The position numbers and the translations under genes are program-made. Below the pieces are notes generated by a model that made no database searches, had not been told where the DNA came from, and saw only the letters and a list, made by a program, of their open reading frames with translations. Shown here one piece after another: positions 28,244 to 36,861 of a stretch of 64,000 nucleotides of DNA (positions are counted from its first letter, which is position 1; each line of letters opens with the position of its first letter). This stretch comes from Gammaproteobacteria bacterium (lineage in GTDB: Bacteria; Pseudomonadota; Gammaproteobacteria; Steroidobacterales; XN24): NCBI GenBank assembly GCA_047921455.1, contig JBLRWC010000005.1:13157-77156 (forward strand), read 5' to 3'.

Positions 28244-29719
28244 CTAGATACCGGTGACGAACTTGACCGTGGCCTGGGCCAGCGAGAACGGCATGCCCGG
28301 GATGCGCGAGGTCATACCGAGCAGCAGCACGTAAGCCGCGCTGATGAGCGTGGGCACCAGCAGCAGGGCCCTGGCCTCGTGCACGCCCCGCGGCAAGCCG
28401 CGCGGCTCACGGAACCAGGCGAGATAGAGTATGGGCAGCCAGTACGCAGCATTCAGCAGCGAACTCACCACCATCAACAGCACCCACCACCAGGCGCCGG
28501 CCTGCAGGGCGCCGAGCGACAGGAACCACTTGGTGACGAAGCCCGCGAACAACGGAATGCCGATGAAGCTCAGCGCGGCGATGGTGAACGCACCCATGGT
28601 CCAGGGCATCACTCGACCGATGCCGGCCAGTTCATGAATGTGCGTGCGGCCAGTGGTGCGCTCGATGGCGCCGGCGACAAAGAACATGGTGATCTTGGCA
28701 AACGCCTGGTTGGCGATATGCGCCACCGCGGCCAGCGCAGCCAGCGGTGTGAGCAAGGCGGCCGCGAGCACGATATACGACAGCTGGCTGACCGTGGAGT
28801 ACGCCAGTCGAAGCTTGAGCTTGCTCTGCGCCAGGGCCAGCAACGAGGCCGCAACGATCGTAAAGGCGGCAAACAACGCCAGCCAGTCCGTGTAGCCGAG
28901 CACCGCCAGCAGGTCGATGCCGAACACGTTGTAAATGACCCGCAGCAGGCCGAATACACCCGCCTTCACCACGGCGACGGCATGTAACAGCGCGCTCACG
29001 GGGACCGGTGCGATCATCGCCGTGGGCAGCCAGCCGTGCAGCGGCATGATGGCGGCCTTGACGCCGAAGCCCGCGACCAGCACGAGGAAAGTGACGAACA
29101 GCATCGGCCGGCCAGCCTCCAGCGACAACACGCCGGGCATCGATAGCGTCAAGGTCCCCGCCAGGTGCTGCACGAGCACTACGCCGAGCAGCACCGCCAC
29201 GCCGCCGGAGAGCGTATAAGCGAGGTACTTGCGGCCGGCTTTCATCGCCTCCGGCGTTTCGTCGTGGATCACCAGCGGATAGGTGCAAATGGTCAGCATT
29301 TCGTAAAACAGGAACAGGGTCAGCAGGTTTTCTGCGAATGCGAGGCCGACCGTCGTCGAGACACATAGCGCGAAGAAACCGAAAAAGCGGGCGCGCTCGT
29401 GCTGGCCCTTCATGTAGCCGATGGCATAAACGGTCGTCACCACCCACAGCGTCGAGGAAACCAGGGCGAAGAACATGCCCAGCCCGTCCGCACGAAACGC
29501 GATGCCGATGCCGGGCGGAAAGTCGATAAGGTCGTAGACATACACCGTGCCCGCGAGACTGCCCGGCAGCATGGAAAGCACGATTCCCAGCTTCGCCACC
29601 GAGGCGCCGAGCGCCAGTACGACCCGCCACAGGTCCCGCTGGCCGACCAGGAAAATGAGAATTGCGCAAACCAGTGAAAGCGCCGGCGCGAGGACGATCC
29701 TGATGTCGACGACCTCCAT
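28244..29719 (-). CDS. mrpD: Monovalent cation/H+ antiporter subunit D-family protein (set 2, second D)
   Basis: The 491-aa ORF has LFLFYEMLTICTYPLV, GFGVKAAIMPLHGWLPTAMIAPVPVSALLHAVAVVKAG and IANQAFAKITMFFVAG. It is clearly the same subtype as 17787..19280. Confidence 0.85.
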   Translation of the reverse strand: MEVVDIRIVLAPALSLVCAILIFLVGQRDLWRVVLALGASVAKLGIVLSMLPGSLAGTVYVYDLIDFPPGIGIAFRADGLGMFFALVSSTLWVVTTVYAIGYMKGQHERARFFGFFALCVSTTVGLAFAENLLTLFLFYEMLTICTYPLVIHDETPEAMKAGRKYLAYTLSGGVAVLLGVVLVQHLAGTLTLSMPGVLSLEAGRPMLFVTFLVLVAGFGVKAAIMPLHGWLPTAMIAPVPVSALLHAVAVVKAGVFGLLRVIYNVFGIDLLAVLGYTDWLALFAAFTIVAASLLALAQSKLKLRLAYSTVSQLSYIVLAAALLTPLAALAAVAHIANQAFAKITMFFVAGAIERTTGRTHIHELAGIGRVMPWTMGAFTIAALSFIGIPLFAGFVTKWFLSLGALQAGAWWWVLLMVVSSLLNAAYWLPILYLAWFREPRGLPRGVHEARALLLVPTLISAAYVLLLGMTSRIPGMPFSLAQATVKFVTGI

Positions 29720-29723
29720 GGCG

Positions 29724-31202
29724 TTATCCCCCGCTCACCAGGCGCCCGACCGCCGGCGCGATCAACATCACCGGCCAGCGCCCGAACAAGCCGCCCAGCA
29801 CGCACAACGCGGCCAGCAGCAGCACCGGCCCCAGCATGGCGGCGGGCGCCTCGCGCACCGCCAGCATCTGCTCGTGGGCAGGTGCGCGGAAATAGAAAGC
29901 ATTCAGCATGCGTCCCAGGTAGATGAACACCAGCAGTGCGCCGGCCAGCACCACGACCGCAAATCCCGGTCGCCCGGCCTCCAACGCGCCCAGCGCGATA
30001 TACCACTTGCCGAGGAAGCCCGCCGTCGGCGGCAGGCCGGTAATCGACAACGCGCCCACCAATAGCGCCAGCGTCGTCCATGGCATGACGCGGCCGATGC
30101 CGCGCAGATCGGTGAGCGTCCGGTAACCGCTCTGGTGCAGCATGGCACCGACCGCGAGAAACAACGTGGCCTTGATAAGTGCATGGTTCAGCACGTGGAT
30201 CGTGCCACCGGTCACGGCGAGTTCGCCGGCGAGTCCGAGGCCAAGCACGATATAGCCGATGTTCGAGATGGTGGAGTACGCCAGCATCAGCTTGATGTCC
30301 TCCTGGAACACGGCAAAGAATGCCCCCGCCAGGATAGAGATTGCGCCCAGCCAGGCCAGCGCTTCGTAGAGCGGCTCAAGCGACACGCCCGCCGCGGTGT
30401 CGAACAAAAAGAAGATCCGCAGCAAGCCGATGATGCCGAGCTTGACCACCAGCGCCGAGGACACGGCGTTGATCGGGGTCGGCGCAATGGCATGCGCGTC
30501 CGGCAGCCAGACATGCACGGGGAACAGGCCGGCCTTGACCATGAAGCCTGCCGTCATGCCGGCGAGGGCCAGCAGGAGCGGCGCCCGCGATTCGACCGTG
30601 GCCAGCCTGAGCGCGACGTCCGCCATGTTCAGGCTGCCGGTCAGGGCATACAGCACGCCGATGCAGAACAGGATGAGCGCCGACGACACGGCACCGGCCA
30701 TCAGGTATTTGAACGCTGCCAGCGCGGCCGTGCGACCGCCGCCCACCGCCACCAGCGCATAGCTCGAGACGGCGACCAGTTCCATGAAGACAAACAGGTT
30801 GAACAGGTCGGCGGTGACCACAAAGCCGATCATGCCGCCGAGATTGATGAGTAACAGGCTGTAGTACCAGGGGATGCGATGGGCCGGCACCGCGCGCCGC
30901 ACATAGGGGCCGGAGAAGATCACGACCAGCACCATGATGAAAGCGATGAACAGCGCCGCCGCGCTGAACTCGTCGAACACGAGCGCAATACCCCAGGGCG
31001 CCGCCCAGCCGCCCAGTTCGTACGAGAACGGCCCTTCGCGCACCACGCGCTGCGTCAAATTCGCGGTCATGAAAGTAACAGCGACGGTCACCCCCAGTGC
31101 CCAGCCACGGGCCACCCCGGGGCGCCCGCGCGCCAACACAGGCGTCAGTGCGCCGGCCACCAGGGGGACGAATGCGGCCAGTGGCAGCCAGTGCGTCATC
31201 AC
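29724..31202 (-). CDS. mrpD: Monovalent cation/H+ antiporter subunit D-family protein (set 2, first D)
   Basis: The 492-aa ORF has LFVFMELVAVSSYALV, GFMVKAGLFPVHVWLPDAHAIAPTPINAVSSALVVKLG and VLNHALIKATLFLAVG. It is the same subtype as 19277..20716. Confidence 0.85.
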   Translation of the reverse strand: MMTHWLPLAAFVPLVAGALTPVLARGRPGVARGWALGVTVAVTFMTANLTQRVVREGPFSYELGGWAAPWGIALVFDEFSAAALFIAFIMVLVVIFSGPYVRRAVPAHRIPWYYSLLLINLGGMIGFVVTADLFNLFVFMELVAVSSYALVAVGGGRTAALAAFKYLMAGAVSSALILFCIGVLYALTGSLNMADVALRLATVESRAPLLLALAGMTAGFMVKAGLFPVHVWLPDAHAIAPTPINAVSSALVVKLGIIGLLRIFFLFDTAAGVSLEPLYEALAWLGAISILAGAFFAVFQEDIKLMLAYSTISNIGYIVLGLGLAGELAVTGGTIHVLNHALIKATLFLAVGAMLHQSGYRTLTDLRGIGRVMPWTTLALLVGALSITGLPPTAGFLGKWYIALGALEAGRPGFAVVVLAGALLVFIYLGRMLNAFYFRAPAHEQMLAVREAPAAMLGPVLLLAALCVLGGLFGRWPVMLIAPAVGRLVSGG

Positions 31203-31558
31203 TCCGCGCCTTTCAGTTCATCCGCCTCGATGGTGCCGCATTGCCGGTAGATCTCGATGATGAGACTCAGGGCCAGCGCAGTGACGCTGACAGCCACCAC
31301 GATGCCCGTCAGGATCAGGGCATGCGGCAGGGGACTTGCGAAGGGGCCGGTCGCGCCAGCGCTGGTGATGGGCGCTGTACCGCCATCGACCATGCCGGCC
31401 GTGACGATGAAGGCGAATACCGCCGTCTCCATGATGTTGAGACCCAGCAATTTCTTGATGAGATTCTGCTTGGCCAGGATGATGTACAGGCCAATGCAGA
31501 ACAACACGACGAACGCGACATAATCGATGTTGAACCACAGGCCAGCCACGTCAGTCAC
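31199..31558 (-). CDS. mrpC: Cation:proton antiporter subunit C (NuoK-like)
   Basis: The start is placed at GTG 31558, overlapping the upstream stop; GTG 31549 is an alternative. It has LIKKLLGLNIMETAVFAFIV and HALILTGIVVAVSVTALALSLI. Confidence 0.75.
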   Translation of the reverse strand: MTDVAGLWFNIDYVAFVVLFCIGLYIILAKQNLIKKLLGLNIMETAVFAFIVTAGMVDGGTAPITSAGATGPFASPLPHALILTGIVVAVSVTALALSLIIEIYRQCGTIEADELKGAE

Positions 31559-32270
31559 CCCGCATTTCGAGGAACAGGCCGAGGATAATGGCCCCGCCGC
31601 CAACGCCGATGCCGAGTTCCAGCGTGATCATCATCAATTCCCGCAGCAGGTGTTGCCCGGGATCATCCGGATAACCCAGCAGCGCGCCGGTCAGCGCCAG
31701 CCCGAGCAGGCCGACGACCAGGAAGGCGAGCGGCCCGGCGACCTGCAGCCAGCGCGCGATCGCCACGGGGATCAGCGGCTGCTGCGCGTCCCGTCCCAGC
31801 ACGACGCTAAGCAGCACCAGCAGCGCGCCGAGAATCACGCCGCCCTGGAACCCGCCCCCCGGCGCAAGATGGCCCTTGAAGATGACGAAGGCGCCGAACG
31901 CCGCAATGAAGGGCGCGGTGATCCGGATGATGAAGGACACCACGGGACTGATCGTTACTCGCTCTGCGGCCGCGGGCCCGGCACCCTCGCCTCGCGCGCT
32001 ACCTGGGGTCGACAGCACCGCCATGACGGCGGCCAGCGCGACAAAAATAATCATGACCTCGCCGAACGTGTCGAAGGCCCGGTAATTCAGCAGCACCGCG
32101 GTCACCAGGTTGTCCGCGCCGGTCTCCCGCGCGCCTGCCTCGATGTAGTGGGCAGCCACATGCGTGTGGACCGGCGCGGCCGGGTCTCCCGGTCGCGGCA
32201 GCGCCATCACCCCGGCCAGCATGGGTATCGCTGCCGCGGCGACTGTCAGCGCGATCAACGGCTTCTTCAT
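31551..32270 (-). CDS. mrpB: Na+/H+ antiporter MnhB-domain subunit
   Basis: The ATG at 32270 (MKKPLIALTV) forms an ATGA overlap with the upstream gene. It has NLVTAVLLNYRAFDTFGEVMIIF and GGGFQGGVILGA. Confidence 0.75.
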   Translation of the reverse strand: MKKPLIALTVAAAAIPMLAGVMALPRPGDPAAPVHTHVAAHYIEAGARETGADNLVTAVLLNYRAFDTFGEVMIIFVALAAVMAVLSTPGSARGEGAGPAAAERVTISPVVSFIIRITAPFIAAFGAFVIFKGHLAPGGGFQGGVILGALLVLLSVVLGRDAQQPLIPVAIARWLQVAGPLAFLVVGLLGLALTGALLGYPDDPGQHLLRELMMITLELGIGVGGGAIILGLFLEMRGD

Positions 32271-32509
32271 TTTTCGTGCCTCCGCGTGCGCCCGATGGCA
32301 AGCAGCACAAGGATGGTCGTGACGCCCGCCCCGATCGCTGCTTCGGTCATGGCGACGTCCGGCGCGCCCCGGTGCTGCCAAAGCACGCACATGACGAGGC
32401 TGTAACCCGAAAAAATAATCGCTGCCGCCACCAGGTTCTTGCTGCGCGCTACCGCGAGTGCCATGGCGATCAGCAACGCAAGCATCACGAGGTCGAAAAA
32501 CTCGCTCAT
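32267..32509 (-). CDS. MbhD / DUF4040-like small membrane subunit
   Basis: The ATG at 32509 is preceded by GGAGAG. The protein reads MSEFFDLVMLALLIAMALAVARSKNLVAAAIIFSGYSLVMCVLWQHRGAPDVAMTEAAIGAGVTTILVLL and is a paralogue of 21722..22024. Confidence 0.7.
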   Translation of the reverse strand: MSEFFDLVMLALLIAMALAVARSKNLVAAAIIFSGYSLVMCVLWQHRGAPDVAMTEAAIGAGVTTILVLLAIGRTRRHEK

Positions 32510-32826
32510 TCTTTCTCTCCCGGTCCACGCCAGGGCTGCAGGCCGGTGTTGTATGCCGCGCGGGCGAGCGCGTGCCCGGATGTCGGGCTGGATAACAACA
32601 CCAGCACCAGCAGGACAATGATTTTCAGGGCGTCGGCCTGCGGCGCCACGTAAATTGCCAGCGCCACCAGGATCGCGCCTGCGCCAACCGTGTCGCACTT
32701 GGTGGCGGCATGGACCCTCGAGTAGAAATCCGGCAGGCGTAGCAGGCCGAGCGTTCCGGTGAGGAAAAACAGCGCGCCCCCCACTCCGAGCAGCAGGGTC
32801 GCGACCATGACGAACGTGTCGCTCAT
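32506..32826 (-). CDS. mrpG: Monovalent cation/H+ antiporter subunit G
   Basis: The ATG at 32826 forms an ATGA overlap with the mrpF stop. It has LLLGVGGALFFLTGTLGLLRLPDFYSRVHAATKCDTVGAG. Confidence 0.8.
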   Translation of the reverse strand: MSDTFVMVATLLLGVGGALFFLTGTLGLLRLPDFYSRVHAATKCDTVGAGAILVALAIYVAPQADALKIIVLLVLVLLSSPTSGHALARAAYNTGLQPWRGPGEKE

Positions 32827-33101
32827 CGTTGCCAGTCCCCCTTCAGCCGGCCGGTCTCCAGGAAGCGCGTCGCCGCGATAGTGATGCCGAAATTCAACAG
32901 GCCATACACCAGGGCGACGTCGAGCAACAGGCTGCGCTCGAAAGCGAGACCAAGCAGTACCAGGACCACCAGCACCTTGGTGCAAACGACATTCGTTGCC
33001 AGGATGCGGTCCACCACGGTGGGGCCGGCAAAGGCGCGCCACAGGCAGGCGAACGCGTTAATCAACAGGAAACTTGCCAGGCTCCAAAAAAAAACCGTCA
33101 C
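32823..33101 (-). CDS. mrpF: Monovalent cation/H+ antiporter subunit F
   Basis: The 92-aa ORF has LLINAFACLWRAFAGPTVVDRILATNVVCTKVLVVLVLL. Confidence 0.8.
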   Translation of the reverse strand: MTVFFWSLASFLLINAFACLWRAFAGPTVVDRILATNVVCTKVLVVLVLLGLAFERSLLLDVALVYGLLNFGITIAATRFLETGRLKGDWQR

Positions 33102-33664
33102 GCCCCTTCCCCCTGCTCGAAGACCTCGGCGACGCGTCGCTCGAGCTCACCACTAAGGATTCGTTCGACGGATTCCTCATCGAGACAGTGCACCAGGAAA
33201 TCGCTGCCAGAGACGTCTACCGTCAGCGTGCCGGGCGTCAACGAGACGGAATGCGCAAACGCGATGCGCGAGACTTCGCGTTGCAGCTGCGTGCGGCAGA
33301 CAAACAGGCGCGGTTCGATCGGCAGGCGCGGATTCATGACGATGAGGGCGACATGAATGGCCGAATGCAGCACCTGCAAGCTGAAGCGCGCCAGGTAGCG
33401 CAACAAGGCCAGGGACTCCCGCAGCGAAATGCCTGGCGCCTGCCCGGCCCACAGGAAGCGCGCCGACCACCAGCCCAGCAGCAACGACAGCACTGCGCCC
33501 ACGGCAACATCGACCGGCGCAAGCGAGGCCGAGATCACCAGCCAGAATACAAACACGAGCGCACTGACCCCTAGCGTGTGGGGCGCCCGCACGCCGGAAT
33601 TCCAGGCGCCCGGGTCCGGCGACCCGCGCGCGTCCTGCCGGACAGGTCTCCCGCTTGCTTTCAT
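33098..33664 (-). CDS. mrpE: Na+/H+ antiporter subunit E
   Basis: This 188-aa ORF is the first gene of set 2. It has ALVFVFWLVISASL...IAFAHSVSLTPGTLTVDVSGSDFLVHCLD, parallel to set-1 MrpE. The exact start is uncertain. Confidence 0.7.
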   Translation of the reverse strand: MKASGRPVRQDARGSPDPGAWNSGVRAPHTLGVSALVFVFWLVISASLAPVDVAVGAVLSLLLGWWSARFLWAGQAPGISLRESLALLRYLARFSLQVLHSAIHVALIVMNPRLPIEPRLFVCRTQLQREVSRIAFAHSVSLTPGTLTVDVSGSDFLVHCLDEESVERILSGELERRVAEVFEQGEGA

Positions 33665-33754
33665 GCTCTGGGCCCTGGCGTCGCCTGCGGCCCGGCCCCG
33701 GGGTTACACCCTCCCTGGCCCGGACAATTCTCAAGCCTCAGCTTTCGTATAGTA

Positions 33755-33769
33755 GAGCCGGCCCGGCTC
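33755..33769 (-). terminator. Weak candidate hairpin after the AbgT-family gene (GAGCCG-GCC-CGGCTC)
   Basis: A perfect 6-bp stem with a 3-nt loop lies about 30 nt after the stop at 33801. On the minus strand it is followed by UACUAUACGAAAGCU, which is A/U-richer but not a clean U-tract. Confidence 0.25.
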
Positions 33770-33800
33770 CGCCATGACGCGCGTCAAGCCGGGCGACGTT

Positions 33801-35420
33801 TCAGGGTGAAAAATAGGTCGGTGCCGCCGGTCCGACCGGCAGGCCGAGCACGAAGACCCAGAGGAAAAAGAACGCCGTCCAGCACACGATCAGCGCGACG
33901 GAATAGGGCAGCATCATGGATATCAACGTCCCGATGCCGGCCTTCGGCACGTAGCGCGCCGCAAAGGCCATGATCAAGCCGAAGTAACTCATCATCGGCG
34001 TGATGATATTGGTGGTGGAATCGCCGATGCGGTAGGCGGCCTGCACGACCTCGGGGCTGTAACCCAGCAACATCAGCATCGGCACGAAAATCGGCGCCGT
34101 AACGGCCCACTGCGCGGAAGCCGAACCCAGCATCAGGTTGACGAGGCCGCAAATCAGGATGAAGAACACGAACACCAGCGGCCCGGTCAGGCCGATCCCG
34201 GTCAGGAAGCTGGCGCCGGTGACGGCGGTCACCGCCCCCAGGTTGGTCCAGGAGAAAAACGCGACGAACTGGGCGGCAAAGAACACCAGCACCATGTAGA
34301 GGCCCAGCGTGCTCATCGCGCCGGCCATGGCGTTGATGACGTCGCGGTCGCTGCGCATCGTGCCGACAACGGCGCCGTAGGCGATGCCGGGCACCAGGAA
34401 AAAGATGAAAATCATCGCGACGATGCCGCGCAGAAAAGGCGAATTGGCGATTTCGCCGGTGTCCGGGTTGCGCAGCACGGCGCCTTCCGGCACCACCAGC
34501 GACGCGATCAGGCCCGCCATCAGCAAGGCGGCGATGCCGGCATTGCGCAGCGCACGTCGCTCCAGCGACGACAGGGGATCGAGTCGATGCTCGTCATCAG
34601 CGTCAAAACGCGCCTGGCTCGCATCGTACTTGCCGAGCGTCGGTTCGACGATTTTAAGACTGACCCAGCTGCCGACGATCACCACCAGGAAAGTACTGGC
34701 GATCATGAAAAACCAGTTTGCGCTGGCGTCCACCAGGTAGCCGGGGTGGATCAGTTGCGCGGCTTCCTGGGTGATGCCCGCCAGCAAGGGGTCCACGGTG
34801 CCCAGCAAAAGGTTGGCGCTGTAGCCGCCGGAGACGCCCGCGAATGCCGCGGCCAGGCCGGCCAGGGGATGTCGGCCGAGCGAGTAGAACACCATCGCGG
34901 CCAGCGGCACGAGCACCACGTAACCCATTTCGGATGCCGTGTTCGACAGCACCCCGGCGAGCACGATGGTGACCGTGACGGTGCGCGCCTTGGCCTTCAG
35001 CACCATCGCCCGGATGACCGCAGTCAGCAAGCCAGACCGCTCCGCCACGCCGACGCCGAGCATTGCCACCAGCACCGTGCCCAGCGGCACGAAACTGGTG
35101 AAATTGGTCACCAGGTTCTGCACGATCAGGCGCAGTCCTGCCGGGTTCATCAGGCTGACGACGCGGATCATGCCGTCGGCCGCCCGTCCGGCGGCGCCCT
35201 CCGGGCGAGGATCCTCTACCGCCAGGCCAATCATCCCCAGCGCGCCGCTCATCAGCACCACGCTGAAGGCAAACAAGGCGAACAGCGTGACCGGGTGCGG
35301 CAAGGCATTGCCGAGCCACTCGACAACCCGCAGGAAGCGGGCGATGCGGCCGGGGGCCTCCGCTTCGGCTTCGGCTTCGTCGGCCTGCGGATTTTCAGCT
35401 GGTTCCCGCTCGTCTGACAC
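33801..35420 (-). CDS. AbgT-family (p-aminobenzoyl-glutamate / MtrF-type) transporter
   Basis: This lies in ORF 33801..35567. The AbgT N-terminal pattern is IARFLRVVEWLGNALPHPVTLFALF, followed by a polytopic body. The start is placed at GTG 35420 (VSDEREPAEN...); upstream alternatives are possible. Confidence 0.8.
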   Translation of the reverse strand: MSDEREPAENPQADEAEAEAEAPGRIARFLRVVEWLGNALPHPVTLFALFAFSVVLMSGALGMIGLAVEDPRPEGAAGRAADGMIRVVSLMNPAGLRLIVQNLVTNFTSFVPLGTVLVAMLGVGVAERSGLLTAVIRAMVLKAKARTVTVTIVLAGVLSNTASEMGYVVLVPLAAMVFYSLGRHPLAGLAAAFAGVSGGYSANLLLGTVDPLLAGITQEAAQLIHPGYLVDASANWFFMIASTFLVVIVGSWVSLKIVEPTLGKYDASQARFDADDEHRLDPLSSLERRALRNAGIAALLMAGLIASLVVPEGAVLRNPDTGEIANSPFLRGIVAMIFIFFLVPGIAYGAVVGTMRSDRDVINAMAGAMSTLGLYMVLVFFAAQFVAFFSWTNLGAVTAVTGASFLTGIGLTGPLVFVFFILICGLVNLMLGSASAQWAVTAPIFVPMLMLLGYSPEVVQAAYRIGDSTTNIITPMMSYFGLIMAFAARYVPKAGIGTLISMMLPYSVALIVCWTAFFFLWVFVLGLPVGPAAPTYFSP

Positions 35421-35570
35421 TTGAGCCGCCCACGGAGCAAAAAGAGTGCGTATTCTAAGGGATGGGGCCGCCGTGCGCGCGCTCCCTGCCCTGCCGGGCG
35501 CCACCACGCATCCATGCGGCAGTGCGATTCGAATTATCATTGGCCCCGGACGACTACGGAGAATCATTTA

Positions 35571-36020
35571 GTGCCAGCCCTGATCGCCCTGTTGTTCGCG
35601 CTCGTTCTAGGGGCTTTTTTTGTCTCACGGCGCGTCGGCGTCATCATGCTTGCCACCGCCTCGGTGGCGGTTGCCGGGATGTTTGCCTGGACCTGGTACG
35701 CGGGCGGCCGGCCGGAAATCCGCCGCGATGCGATTCCGGTGGCCCAGGTCGAAATCATCGACACGCGCCGGCGCGGCAACACCAGCGATTACCTGATCCG
35801 CAATCACGACGAACGCTGGACCCTGACCGCCCTTTTTACTGAAAGAGTCGCTCGCCAGGACGACGGCACGATCCTCGACCGCAAGTCTTTTCGCCACCTG
35901 GTCGAAGTGCCGCCGGGGGAGGAGCGCTGGGAGACGCTGCGGTTCTTCGGCCTCGAGATCGGCAAGGACTACGCGCTCGAGATCACCGGCACCGAGGGGT
36001 CTTACCATCCCGGGCGCTAG
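35571..36020 (+). CDS. Hypothetical membrane-anchored protein
   Basis: The GTG at 35571 is preceded by GGAGA. Two N-terminal TM helices (PALIALLFALVLGAFFV, IMLATASVAVAGMFAW) are followed by a ~100-aa soluble domain. I recognise no family. Confidence 0.4.
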   Translation: MPALIALLFALVLGAFFVSRRVGVIMLATASVAVAGMFAWTWYAGGRPEIRRDAIPVAQVEIIDTRRRGNTSDYLIRNHDERWTLTALFTERVARQDDGTILDRKSFRHLVEVPPGEERWETLRFFGLEIGKDYALEITGTEGSYHPGR

Positions 36021-36088
36021 GCCTGCTGCGGGCGGCAGCGTCGGCCGACCATCGCGGCCGGCGCCGCGACCAAGCTAGAATTGCGCGC

Positions 36089-36838
36089 ATGGCACGAATC
36101 ATGGTCCTGAAACACGTGGCGGCCGAACCGCTTGGGCTGCTCGACCCGATGATCCGGGCACGCGGGCACCGGATTCGCTATGTCAATTTCCACCGGCACC
36201 CGGATGCGGCACCGACGCTCGACCGGTACCAGGCGCTGGTCGTGCTCGGCGGCCCCATGCAAGTCACTGAAAAACAGCGCCATCCCCACCTGCGGACAGA
36301 GTGCCGACTGATCGAGACCGCGCTGGCACAGCGTATTCCGGTACTCGGCATTTGTCTTGGCGCCCAGTTGCTGGCGCATGTGCTGGGCGCGCCGGTGGCA
36401 CCCGCCCACCGGCCGGAAATCGGCTGGTACCCGGTCAGGCCACGCCACCCGGCCACCGCCGCCGACACCGTATTGCACCCGCTCGACGCCGAGCGCCCGG
36501 TATTCCAGTGGCACAGCTATGGCTTTGAAATCCCGGCCGGGGCGATCCACCTGGCCGAGAGTGATGCATGCCCGGGACAGGCCATCGGGTATGACAGCAT
36601 TGCCTGGGGCTTCCAGTTTCACCTCGAGCTCGACGCGGGCCTGATCCGGCGCTGGCTGAACTCGCCCGCCTACCTCGATGACCTCAAGAATTCCGGCCTC
36701 GGGCAGACCCCGGCCGAAATTCTCGACGATACGAAGCAATTCATGGCCGGGACGCACCGCCTCGCGGAACGTGTTTTCGGTAACTGGCTCAGCCTGGTCG
36801 GACCGGCTGCCGGGCGCCGCTTGCTGCCGTCGCGCTGA
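36089..36838 (+). CDS. Class I glutamine amidotransferase-like protein
   Basis: The 249-aa ORF has VVLGGPMQV, a nucleophile elbow (GICLGAQLLAHVLG) and a WHSYGFE region. Confidence 0.75.
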   Translation: MARIMVLKHVAAEPLGLLDPMIRARGHRIRYVNFHRHPDAAPTLDRYQALVVLGGPMQVTEKQRHPHLRTECRLIETALAQRIPVLGICLGAQLLAHVLGAPVAPAHRPEIGWYPVRPRHPATAADTVLHPLDAERPVFQWHSYGFEIPAGAIHLAESDACPGQAIGYDSIAWGFQFHLELDAGLIRRWLNSPAYLDDLKNSGLGQTPAEILDDTKQFMAGTHRLAERVFGNWLSLVGPAAGRRLLPSR

Positions 36839-36861
36839 TCTTGTCGCGCGCCTCCCGCAGC

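Noticed and set aside
14492-33664. The hypothesis that the Mrp-like block is the membrane arm of an Mbh/Mbx/Hyf-type hydrogenase, a complex I, or a DabAB CO2-uptake system.
   Set aside because: No ORF in or next to the block shows NuoB/NuoD/NuoH/NuoI-like, [NiFe]-hydrogenase, formate dehydrogenase or DabA (DUF2309)-like features. Every gene in the block is accounted for by Mrp-type membrane subunits, one methyltransferase and one small cytochrome c.
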